A DNA stretch of 64,000 bases from Desulfatiglandales bacterium (lineage in GTDB: Bacteria > Desulfobacterota > DSM-4660 > Desulfatiglandales > Desulfatiglandaceae). The stretch covers positions 5,920,001-5,984,000 of the forward strand of contig OY759599.1 of assembly GCA_963662465.1 (NCBI GenBank). Direction: 5' to 3'. This document shows, in pieces, positions 40,656 to 51,494 of the stretch (position 1 is its first letter; each line of letters opens with the position of its first letter). Below the pieces are notes generated by a model. The model searched no databases and was not told where the DNA came from. It was given only the letters and a program-made list of their open reading frames with translations. The position numbers and the translations under genes are program-made.

Positions 40656-40678
40656 AATCGAGAAAGGAGAAACTGAAT

Positions 40679-41452
40679 ATGCCGATGTCAATGCAGGAAA
40701 TAGAGAAAAGTCTAGGAACGCTACGTTTAAGCGGTATGCGAGCAACATTAGAAACCCGAGTGATACAGGCAAATCAAGGAGAATCTTCTTTCCTGGAAGT
40801 CTTTTCATGCCTGCTTCAGGATGAGTTAGATTACAGGCGGTCGTGCCTGATAGAACGTAGATTTAATGCTTCCGGTCTTCGTGAGAGAAAAACATTGACT
40901 GAGTTTGATTGGGGCTTTAATCCAAGACTTCCAAAAAAGGAAATTTTTGAACTGGTGACCATCAAATTTATACACAACGGTGAAGACGCACTCCTGATCG
41001 GTTCTCCCGGGACTGGGAAAAGCCATATCGTTAAAACAATTGCTCATGCTGCAACACAGGCATGCCATCAGGTTGTTTATCGTGAGGCCCATACTTTCTT
41101 TGAAGATGTCTTCGAAGCAGCCCAAACAGGGAAGACAAAAAAAATAACAAAGCTTTTTTCAGAAGCAGACTTGCTAATAATAGATGATCTTTTCCTGAGA
41201 AAAAGGGTCCCTGAACATGCGGCAGATGATCTTCTTGATATCATACTGAATCGTTATTCCAAAAGAAAAAGTACACTCATAACATCAAACCGTCCGGTGG
41301 AGGACTGGGGTAAACTGCTCAGAGACAATGCCGCATCCTCTGCGATCCTTGACAGGTTGCTCCACCGAGGCCATTTGCTCAAATTTGAAGGAAAAAGCTA
41401 CAGGCTAAAGGAGGCTGCAGAAAAACTTGCCATAGGGAAGAAAAAAGAATAA
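40679..41452 (+). CDS. istB: IS21-family helper ATPase
   Basis: GSPGTGKSH, LLIIDDL, TLITSNR, AILDRLLH and GKSYRL motifs. Confidence 0.95.
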   Translation: MPMSMQEIEKSLGTLRLSGMRATLETRVIQANQGESSFLEVFSCLLQDELDYRRSCLIERRFNASGLRERKTLTEFDWGFNPRLPKKEIFELVTIKFIHNGEDALLIGSPGTGKSHIVKTIAHAATQACHQVVYREAHTFFEDVFEAAQTGKTKKITKLFSEADLLIIDDLFLRKRVPEHAADDLLDIILNRYSKRKSTLITSNRPVEDWGKLLRDNAASSAILDRLLHRGHLLKFEGKSYRLKEAAEKLAIGKKKE

Positions 41453-44400
41453 AGTGTAACCGTTCTGTCGCTGAAGATCTTTCCAATGCCACGGTCAAGA
41501 TCCTACATGGCCACCTTCACAGGTGGGGGATTTTGGGGTGGCCACAAGTGGGGGATTTTGAAGTGGCCATCCGGGCCGTCAAAGGAAAATGCAGGAATTG
41601 GTCCGGGACCTTGGGTTTTTGAGGGAAATCGGGGAGGTCTGCAAGAACCTTCGCTTTCGTTTCATGGCAGGCGTCCAGGAAGCCATCTTTGATACAGATT
41701 CGTTCGAATTTGTTTCTGGCAGCATCAAAAGGGTTAAAGATAGATTTGAACAGGTATTGATTGCCAAGAAGGACGTGAAGTTTGTGGTCTCTCAAAGACT
41801 CCTTCAAAAGACGCCCGAGCAAAAAGCCCGGATTGCAGCCTATTTGGCTCCTTTTTCGAAATTTTATGAGCAGATGAATGAAAGGATGGATGATTATGTG
41901 GAGCTTTTCCCCATTCATCCTGAATATATTGATACATTTGAAAAAATAAGAGCGGTCGAAAAGCGAGAAGTGTTGAGGACCTTTTCCCGTGCCATGAAAG
42001 AGGTCTTAAACGATCCGGTGCCGACCGATTATCCAGGCGTCATTGCTTACGATGGTTATTGGAAACAATTGAAGGAAAACGCTGCCTTTCGATCCATACC
42101 GGATATTCGAACGGTCATGGAATGCAGCGATGTTCTGGAATCAAAAGTGAATCAGTCGTTCAGCAGACCGCCCTATAAAAAGATGGCATTAAGGATTATT
42201 CAGGGCCTTTCCATAAACAGGCTGGCTACAGGGAATATTTATCAGCCGATCGGGCTGACGGCCAGATCGCTCAGGGATGAACTATGCCTCTATCAACCCG
42301 GCATAGAAGAAATGGGGGGTGAACCGAATGAGGATCTTCAAACCCTTGTGGAAACTGTTCTGCGCGAGATTATCAAGACTGTAAACGGACAATTCATTTC
42401 CATGGCCCAGGATTCCGGACAATACTATTTGGATCTCAAAAAGGACGTAGACTATGACGCCTTGATCGAAAAGCGCGCAGAACTTCTCGAAAATGATAAG
42501 CTTGACATGGCTTATTTCGATGCTCTCTCCAGGATACTTGAACGATCCGACATCTATCATCCGGGAACCCACCTGGCATGGGAATATGAGCTCCAATGGT
42601 TGAATCGGAAGTCGGCCCGGATCGGCTATATGTTTTTCGGTACGCCCAATGAACGATCTACCGCCCAGCCGCCCAGGGATTTTTATCTCTATTTCACTCA
42701 GATTTTTGAAGCCCCGTCGTTTAAAGATGAACTTCGATCGGATGAGGCGTTCATCAAATTGACCCATCTGGATGATGAGATCAAGAAACTCATCCGATAC
42801 TATGCTGCCGCTCAAGCACTGGGATCTACTTCTTCCGGCCAGTCGAAAACCATCTATCTCGAAAAAGCAAGCGGGTTTCTCAAGGAAATTGTTCAATGGC
42901 TCAGGAAGAATCTGTTGACGGCTTTAGAACTGAAATACCAGGGAAAATCAAAAGCCATGCTTGAATGGCTAAAAGGGCGTATGAGCCCCTCAGAAATGGA
43001 GCAGAGTACGGTCCGGGATCTGTTAAATACAGCTGCTTCCATTTGCCTTGCAGAATATTTCAAAGAACTGGCGCCCGAATATCCTTCATTTTCTATCAAG
43101 ATCACCGGCGACAACCGTCAGCAGGCAGCAGTGGATGCGCTCCGTGGTATTGGGGGTTCCACCAGGACCAAGCAGGGCACAGCCGTGTTGGATGCTCTTG
43201 AACTGTTTGATGGGGATAACATAGATCCACGGCATTCCAGGTACGCCTTGTTCATTCTGGATTTGTTGAGTAAAAAGGGGGCGGGCCAGGTTCTGAATCG
43301 TTCGGAGCTAATCCAGGATATAATGGGAGTTGAGTACCTGTTGCCGGAACGATTTCGACTGGAACCGGATTGGGTGGTGGCTATACTGGCAGCCCTGGTC
43401 TACGCGGGAGATCTCGTCCTTAATATTCCGGGAAAAGAATTCAGCGCCATCAATATTGCCGCCCTTTCCGCAACGCCTCTCCAGGATCTAATTGATTTCA
43501 AGCATGTCAAAAAGCCCAAAGGTGTGCCCACTGGACCATTGAAAGCACTATTTGAGCTTCTGGGCCTTGCGCCCGGACTTGCCATTGAAATTTCTCAAGG
43601 GAAAAGCGGGCCGGTGGAGCAGCTCCAGACCACCATCGCGGTTTTCGTGGAAAAACTTGTCATGGCCGTTCAGAAGATTCAAACGGGCATCCCATTCTGG
43701 GGGAAGAATCTTCTGTCGGATGATGAGGTCATCTCTTGCCGGAAAAAGATGGAGGAAACCAAGACGTTCCTTGAATCGATCCAGGCCTTCAATACGCCGG
43801 GCAAGATGACAAATTTCAAGTATTCTGAAATCGAAATCCGGAACCATGGTGGAGGGCTTGCCGTACTCAAAGAGGTCAATGCGTTGCAGGAAATCGTCGG
43901 GGATCTCGGAAGCCTCGCCTCCTATCTGGCTCAGGCTGAAGCATATCTTCCGGATACGGATTCATGGATCAGCAAAATGAAAACAACGCGTGATGCCATC
44001 CTTTCCAGCTTTTACGATCCGGAAAAACGCACCAAACCGGAATTCAGGCAGAAAACCCTTCAGCAATTAAATGAATTACAGCAAAGTTACATGGATACTT
44101 ACACATCCATGCACCAGAAAGCCAGGCTGGGTGTGAATGATGACAATCGGAAAAAGGCACTTTCAAGAGATGACAGACTCGAAAAGCTCAAAAAACTAGC
44201 CACCATCGGCACCATGCATGCCAGCCAGCTGGTGGATTTCCAGAACCGCCTGGCCAATCTTACGCCCTGTTACAGCTTTCTAAAAAAAGATCTGAATACC
44301 ACGCCCTTATGTCCTCATTGCACATTTAAACCCTCGCAAGAAAGTATTGTAGTTCCAGTCGACAATCGGATTTCAAAACTGGAAGATGATCTTGACAGGC

Positions 44401-44745
44401 TCTACGATGAATGGACCAACACCCTTCTAAACAACCTTGAGGATCCGATTACCCAGGAAAGAATTGACCTGCTAACACCTGAGATGAAAAATCATATTGA
44501 GGCGTTTCTGAAAACCAGAGTCCTGCCGGATCCGCTCAGCGATGAATTCATCCAGGCAATTCGTGAAGCACTGTCGGATCTCAAGAAAATTACCATAAAG
44601 GTTCCGGATCTGAAGGATGCTCTACTTGCGGGGGGCTCACCATTTAATCCTAATGAAATGAAAACCAGGCTGGATACCTATCTCAGCCGGCTTACCGCAG
44701 GGAAGGACCCCAGCAAGGTCAGAATTGTACTGGAGTAAAATTCGG

Positions 44746-45888
44746 ATGAATGCGAATAAGCATCAATGGAATTTTGAAAAACTGGTTCTGTCTATCCGGC
44801 AGGCTCATGAGGAATTGGCTGCACAGGCAGGACGGGCGGTAAATCTCAGTCTGACGCTGCGCAACTGGCTAATGGGATACTATATTGCCGAATATGAACA
44901 GAACGGAGCGGATCGGGCAGAATATGGCATTCGGCTTCTTGAAAACCTTTCCTCTCGCTTGAATGAAGGCGGTATGGATGGCGTAGCGGCTCGATCGTTG
45001 CGTCAATACAGGCAATTCTACTTAATTTATCCCGGAATTTGGCGGACAACGTCTGCCAAATCATGGCAAAGCCTGATTCCTTCCGCAATTTGGCAGACAG
45101 CGTCTGCCAAATCAGAAACAACAACCGCGATCCCCTCACAATCGGCAATAGCCTCTTCAATGCTGATTCAAAGGCTCTCTTTTAGCCACTTTGCCGAATT
45201 GATTGGCATATCCGATGTCACAAAACGTACTTTCTATGAGATTGAGTGCATCCGGGGAAATTGGTCAGTACGCGAGCTCAAACGCCAAATCAATAGTCTG
45301 TATTATGAGCGATCCGGCTTATCAAAAGATAAGAAGAAACTTTCGGCAATGGCACAAGAAAGTGCAGAAGTTGCAGAACCTCGACTGGCGATACGGGATC
45401 CGTATGTATTCGAGTTTCTTGGCCTGAATTCCAAAGAAGTAATGAGCGAATCCCACCTGGAAGACCGGCTTATCAACAGGCTTCAAGAATTCCTGTTGGA
45501 ACTGGGCCATGGGTTTTGCTTTGAAGCCAGACAAAAGCGCATTCTTATTGGAAGTGAGCATTTCTTCGTTGATCTTGTGTTTTATCACCGAATCCTCAAG
45601 TGCCATGTTCTGGTGGAACTGAAGCTGGAAAAATTCAACCATGAAAACATAGGACAGCTCAACACGTATGTCACTTGGTATAGAAAAAACATGATGACGG
45701 AGGGGGACAACCCACCGGTTGGAATTTTGCTTTGTACGGACAAAAACCATGCCCTGGTCGAATATGCCCTGGCGGGCATGGACAACGGGCTTTTCGTTTC
45801 CAAATACCAGCTTGAACTTCCAAAGAAAGAGGAAATGATGCGTTTTATTGAGGAACAGATTCGGGAAGCAGTCGATAAGCAGAGCTAA
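44746..45888 (+). CDS. YhcG/DUF1016 PD-(D/E)XK nuclease
   Basis: LSFSHF, WSVRELKRQI, IRDPYVFEFLGL, FLLELGHGFCF..RQKR, VDLVFYHR..VLVELK and GQLNTY motifs. Confidence 0.9.
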   Translation: MNANKHQWNFEKLVLSIRQAHEELAAQAGRAVNLSLTLRNWLMGYYIAEYEQNGADRAEYGIRLLENLSSRLNEGGMDGVAARSLRQYRQFYLIYPGIWRTTSAKSWQSLIPSAIWQTASAKSETTTAIPSQSAIASSMLIQRLSFSHFAELIGISDVTKRTFYEIECIRGNWSVRELKRQINSLYYERSGLSKDKKKLSAMAQESAEVAEPRLAIRDPYVFEFLGLNSKEVMSESHLEDRLINRLQEFLLELGHGFCFEARQKRILIGSEHFFVDLVFYHRILKCHVLVELKLEKFNHENIGQLNTYVTWYRKNMMTEGDNPPVGILLCTDKNHALVEYALAGMDNGLFVSKYQLELPKKEEMMRFIEEQIREAVDKQS

Positions 45889-45991
45889 CGGCGGAAAGGA
45901 GAGGAATTCCGGCTTGCTTCGGGTATCAAATAAGGGGCTCATCACAAATGCAAGCCACCAATCTACGGGATCGGCCCCGGACTGAACGTTG

Positions 45992-46023
45992 CGTTGGGTT
46001 TTGCTCCGATCTTCCCAACCTAC
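45992..46023 (-). repeat. Single GTAG-type REP-like hairpin
   Basis: Minus strand GTAGGTTGGG-AAGATCGGAGCAAAA-CCCAACG. Confidence 0.45.
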
Positions 46024-46245
46024 TGACGGAATCCTCCAACCGGCTCGAAGGCATTACCGCACCCCCGGGGCGAATCAAGGAATTGGTTGTCAAAAAAACG
46101 ATGCCTCGAAATCGATCTGAGCACAGAGAAACACGGAAAAACTTGAATGCCTGGGTCGAGGGCCTACCGCCGCATGGCGAAATAGGCAGAGTACCTAATT
46201 TATAGGTACTCAAACACGAGTCAGTACCTATATACAGCAGGAGAT

Positions 46246-46789
46246 ATGATGGAGATTTCCGAGCTTAAAAAACTGCTCAAAGCGGGGGAATGGAATGACA
46301 TCGAGTTCAAGGAGGCTCGCAACGCCCTTCCAAAGTCCAGTTTCGAAACCGTCTCCGCCTTTGCCAATACCCACGGTGGTTGGCTGGTGTTTGGCATTTC
46401 CCAGCAAGGCGAAGCGTTTAACGTCTCGGGTGTTCTGAAGGAAGGCCTTCGAGTTTTTTATCCCGGAACTGGACAGGGAAGTGGATATGGCGTCGGACTT
46501 GATGAAGGCTATGTTTGGCCGCACCGACCAAGTCACCGACCAAGTCACCGACCAAGTCGAAAAACTTCTTGCTCTGTTCAGTAAGGATTCTTTGGACACG
46601 GTGAAACTGATGAAAAAATTGGGTCTATCGCATCGTCCAACTTTCAGGGAAAATTACCTCCACCCCTCTCTCAAAGCAGGATTTATCGAAATGACCATCC
46701 CGGATAAGCCCCGCAGCAGCAAGCAGAAATATCGACTCACCCGGAAAGGGCAAGAAACGATTCAAAACGCAAACCCGAAGCTGAAATGA
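46246..46789 (+). pseudogene. Internally deleted Schlafen/AlbA_2-domain gene with C-terminal HTH
   Basis: GEWNDIEFKEA..TVSAFANTHGGWLVFGI breaks off; another frame gives (TDQV)x3, LGLSHRPTFRENYL.P..AGFIEMTIPDKPRSSKQKYRLT. Confidence 0.75.
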
Positions 46790-48417
46790 TGGATTTTCAC
46801 AAAAATGAAGATGAAACCGTTGAATAAGTGCAACAGTCACTAACGACAAAAAAGGAAAAACCTATGTCACCAAAAAACGTGGATCATCAAACCCGGAAGA
46901 TGTTCAGGACTGAACAAGCGGACATGTTCGAGAAATCCTATGAGGAGGAGCTTGAGGAGCGGCGAAAAAAGAAGGTGGAATTCCTCGGCATGACCTTTGA
47001 AAATGATGATGCGCGCAGGGAGCATTTTTTAGGGATTCTTCGTGGAAAGCTTAAAGATCCGGAGTTTCGCAAGATCGAGGGATTTCCCATTGGAGAGGAT
47101 GAGGATATTCTGGCGCTTTCAGATCCACCCTTTTATACTGCCTGCCCGAATCCATGGCTTGGAGATTTTGTGAGGCTTTGTGGAAAGCCTTATGATCCGA
47201 ATAAACCTTACAATCGTAAGCCTTTTGCCGTGGATGTGAGCGTTGGGAAAACCGACCCTATATACCGAGCGCATTCTTATCATACCAAGGTGCCGCACCT
47301 GGCCATTGTTCCCTCCATCCTCCATTATACGGAACCGGGAGATGTGGTTTTGGATGGCTTTTGCGGGTCGGGCATGACCGGTGTGGCTGCCCAGTGGTGC
47401 GGTTCGGCACCTGAAGCCTACCGGAAAGAACTTGAAGCCGCTTGGAAAGCGGAAGGAAGGGACCAACCTCAATGGGGTGCCCGCCGCGTGGTGTTGGGGG
47501 ACCTCTCACCGGCTGCTACCTTCATAGCTGCAAATTACAACCTGCCCTTTGATGTAAATGCTTTTGCAAAGGCCGCCAGACAGATTCTCGATGAAGTGGA
47601 AGAAGAGCTGGGCTGGATGTATGAGACGCTGCATGTGGATGGTAAAAGGAAAGGGCGGATTGAATACACTGTATGGAGCGAAATCTTTTCCTGTCCGGAT
47701 TGCACAGGAGATGTGGTTTTTCTCGAGGAAGCCTTGGATCCTCAGACCAAGCGGGTCAAGGATATGTTTTTGTGCCCCCATTGCGGGGGTGAATTGACGA
47801 AAAAGCGTCTCGTTCGCCTCTACGAAACAAGACATGATAAGGCTTTGAATTCTGTCATAAAGTCCCCGAAGCGGAAACCCGTTCTGATTGTCTATAAACT
47901 GGACAAAGACCGATATGAAAAAGAACCCGACTCCCAGGATCTCGAAATAATTTCAAAAATTGGGGCCCTTGAATGGTCGTCAGGGATACCAACTGACGCT
48001 TTGCCGTACATGCATATGACCCATGAACGTGCGCGAATGGACAGGGTAGGCATTACCCATTTGCACCATTTCTTTTTTCCCAGAGCAGCCCACGCACTTG
48101 CTGCTCTTTGGCAGAAGGCGAAGGCGCACTCAAAGGTTCGGATTCGTCATATGCTCTTGTTTTTCGTGGAACAGGCAATTTGGACAGCATCAATGTTGAA
48201 TCGTTATAGACCAACAGGGTTTTCTCAGTCAATCAATACATGACCGGTGTGTATTACATCGCCTCTCAACATTCGGAATGCAGCCCATGGTATATACTTG
48301 GAGGGAAACTCTCGCGCCTGGTAAAGTCATTTTCTGAGTATCAAACTGTTTCGCAAATGGTAATGGTAAATACTGGTTCCGCTGCACGACTTAACCTTTT
48401 CGATCAAAGTATTGACT

Positions 48418-50215
48418 CAGCAATTCCCGGTCAAGAATTTACTCACAGAGTTTGAAAAACATATTTCAAAAACAAACCCTGAGATCAGATCCTTTTCAGA
48501 AAAATTGTATTAAATCCACTATTACCTCCCTCGATTTCTTGCAGGTTGAGCTTCTTTGACAAGAGTAAGAGCATAAAAGCACGAGTTAGGGCAGAGATAT
48601 CCATTTCCGGAATCTCCAGTTTTTTATTAATGAGAGCATTTTTGTATGCGAACTTGGGCATGACAAATTTAACCACTGTTATATAGAATAACTGGCGCTT
48701 GAAACTTTACGCCATAATAGAGGGCTTCATAGAGCATCCTCATCGATTTGAATTCAAAATCTCTAAACAAAGCTCTCATCCGTTCCCACAATTCCCTTTT
48801 TGAGCCGAGTTTATGCCATGCGGCTATAAATAGAGGGCAACAAAGCTGTTGAGTTTGATCCACCAAGAATGCCAGCATCATGAGCATCGCAAAAACAACA
48901 CTCAGATTCTTCTTGCCGAGCCCGTAGTTGTGTTCAAAATGATATCCTTGGTTCTTAAGAGTATTGAAGGTTTCATTTTCGATCTTCCATCTCGCACGGC
49001 CGCCTCGCATTAGCTGGTATGCATTGTCCTTTCCTATTAAAAAATCTGTCACCCAACTAAAATGTTTTGTTTTTTTCGGTATAATTTCCCAATATTCCAG
49101 AAAGTTAACCAGCATATTCTTGTTAGAGGCATTGAGAGGTACCTGGTTAATAAATCGGAAACGATGTATTTTTTCCGGATCCTCTTTATCGACCAATTCG
49201 AATTCAGTGACGTCACCATTTATCCGCGCTTGTTCGACGTGATTAAACAAGAAATGGTGATCTCCTTTTTTAACTCCCAGAATATAATGAAAATTTTGCT
49301 TTTGTATTTCTTCAATGTGGGGTGCATTCGAACTTAACGCGTCCTCTGTTATAATGATAGGCAGATGGGGATGCTCCTCTTTTAGCTTTTGCAAGAAACG
49401 TTTCGCGGCATTACGCTCACAGTCGTTCTTGCTTTGGCCATCCTGCTTGACTATGAATTCCGGAGCAAGCGGAATGACCTCTTTGAAATCCGGATGGACA
49501 ATTGCTGCCCCCAACATCTGCTGATAATAGGTTTTTTCGCCGGTTTTTTTCGATACTTTTACCAAACAACTATCAGAGGAAAGTTTCTTCGATGAGAAGA
49601 AACCCGTTCCATCCAAAGATAGAAGATAACAACCTTCGAAAAATACCATACGTTCAAGCACCTTTCCCCTTTGCAGTTCCCAGAAGATATTCCTATACGG
49701 TTTCCGAAGTTCTTCTGCGAGCACTTCATCAAGAATGGTGCGCATCGTACTGTCACATGGGATCTTTCCAATATGGTATATGTTCCCAAGATTACTATCG
49801 GTTTTTCTTCTTTCATCAAAGGCAAGCAACGATGGCTCCTTGAGCGAAAACATTGCAAACCCGGACATCAAGGCATCCGCAATAGTAATATCGGGATCCT
49901 CACGGCAGTCAGAGACTTCAGAAAAATCTTTATGCAGACGCTTGAAAATTGCATCTGCATTAAGATGCTTGCGAACTCCAATCTTGCCTCTCTCTTTTCT
50001 TCCTTTTTGGCTTCTGATTCCCATAGGCAGTAATCATCGGCCAAGTTGATCTGAAAGTCCAGCTTTTTCTGAGAATTGCCAAAAAAATTCCTGTTTTATT
50101 TTAAAAATTGGAGAAAAAAGCCTTTTCAGGCTATTCATTCAACGTAAAGCTTTACGAAAAGGAAATGCCAAAAGGTACTGTCCTAGCGCCTTTAGAATCT
50201 AAGCGGGAATTGCTG
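48418..50215 (-). mobile_element. DDE insertion sequence (ISNCY/ISAs1-like), 1798 bp
   Basis: Perfect 12-bp IR CAGCAATTCCCG/CGGGAATTGCTG; 9-bp TSD GTATTGACT (48409-17, 50216-24). Confidence 0.93.
48669..50024 (-). CDS. DDE transposase
   Basis: LSLDGTG, KNDCERNAAKR, TEDALSS and GRARWKIENETFNTLKNQGYHFEHNYG motifs. Confidence 0.92.
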   Translation of the reverse strand: MGIRSQKGRKERGKIGVRKHLNADAIFKRLHKDFSEVSDCREDPDITIADALMSGFAMFSLKEPSLLAFDERRKTDSNLGNIYHIGKIPCDSTMRTILDEVLAEELRKPYRNIFWELQRGKVLERMVFFEGCYLLSLDGTGFFSSKKLSSDSCLVKVSKKTGEKTYYQQMLGAAIVHPDFKEVIPLAPEFIVKQDGQSKNDCERNAAKRFLQKLKEEHPHLPIIITEDALSSNAPHIEEIQKQNFHYILGVKKGDHHFLFNHVEQARINGDVTEFELVDKEDPEKIHRFRFINQVPLNASNKNMLVNFLEYWEIIPKKTKHFSWVTDFLIGKDNAYQLMRGGRARWKIENETFNTLKNQGYHFEHNYGLGKKNLSVVFAMLMMLAFLVDQTQQLCCPLFIAAWHKLGSKRELWERMRALFRDFEFKSMRMLYEALYYGVKFQAPVILYNSG

Positions 50216-51494
50216 GTATTGACTATATCTTTACAGACCCCCCCTTCGGCGAAAACATCTATTACGCTGACCTCAACTTTCTCGTAGAAAGCTGGCATAA
50301 TGTTCTTACCAATGCGACAAGTGAAGCCATTGTAGACAAGGCTAAAAAAAAGGGTATGCCAGAATATCAACGTCTAATGCAAAAATGCTTTGAGGAGTAC
50401 TACCGAGTACTCAAACCGGGCAGATGGATGACGGTAGTTTTTCACAATTCCCGAAACGCCGTTTGGAATGCAATCCAGGAGGCCATGCTGGCAGCAGGTT
50501 TCGTGGTGGCGGATGTTCGCACCATGGACAAGAAGCAAGGGTCCTACCGTCAGGTAACCAGTTCTGCCGTTAAACAGGACCTGGTGATTTCCGCCTACAA
50601 GCCCAATGGCGGACTTGAAGAGCGTTTCAAGCTCACAGCGGGAACCGAAGAGGGCGTCTGGGATTTTGTACGTACACACCTGAAACAACTTCCTGTTTTC
50701 GTAATGAAATACGGCCGATGCGAAGTTATTGCCGAACGGCAAAGTTACCTTCTCTATGATCGAATGGTGGCCTTCCATGTGCAGCGGGGCGTCATGGTTC
50801 CAATGTCTGGAGCCGATTTTCACGCAGGGCTTGAGCATCGTTTTCGACCCATCGATGGCATGTATTTTCTGGCGGATCAGGCCGCTGAGTACGAAAAGAA
50901 GCGCATGACGGCCAAAGAGATCTTGCAGTTGGAACTCTTTGTCAAAGATGAGTCTTCCGCAATTCTTTGGCTTCGGCAACAATTCACTCGAAAACCGCAG
51001 ACGTTTCAGGATATCCATTCGCAGTTCATGAGGGAGATCGCGGGGTGGCAGAAGCATGAAAAGGCCCTGGAACTCTCCGAATTGCTGGGGCAGAACTTCC
51101 TTTCCTATGACGGCAAGGGAGAAGTCCCCAGTCAGATTCACAGTTATCTTTCCTCCAACTTCAAAGACTTGCGAAAGCTTGGAAAGGATGATTCCCTGCT
51201 CCAATCCAAAGCCAAAGACAGATGGTATGTGCCTGACCCCAACAAAGCCGGCGACCTGGAAAAGCTACGGGAGCGAGCCCTGTTGAAGGAATTTCATGAA
51301 TATCTGGAATCCAAGGAGAAACGTCTGAAGGTGTTCCGTTTAGAGGCGGTCCGCGCCGGATTCAAGAAAGCCTGGCAGGAAAAGGATTACAACACCATCA
51401 TCGAAGTGGCCAAAAAGATCAAGGAAGAGGTACTCCAGGAAGACCCAAAACTCCTGATGTTTTACGACCAGGCTTTAACCCGAGCGACCCATTC

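Larger units (their letters stand above)
37224..41575 (+). mobile_element. IS21-family element B (4352 bp) encoding an IstA-primase fusion
   Basis: 5-bp TSD CCGTC (37219-23, 41576-80); ~54-bp IRs with doubled GGCCAC..AAAATCCCCCAC motif; istA and istB. Confidence 0.95.
36668..44738 (+). pseudogene. brxC: BREX-3 ATPase BrxC/PglY (DUF6079), interrupted by IS21 element B
   Basis: GNYGTGKSHLMS Walker A; removing 37224-41580 restores the frame as [27 protein letters not shown]. Confidence 0.9.
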
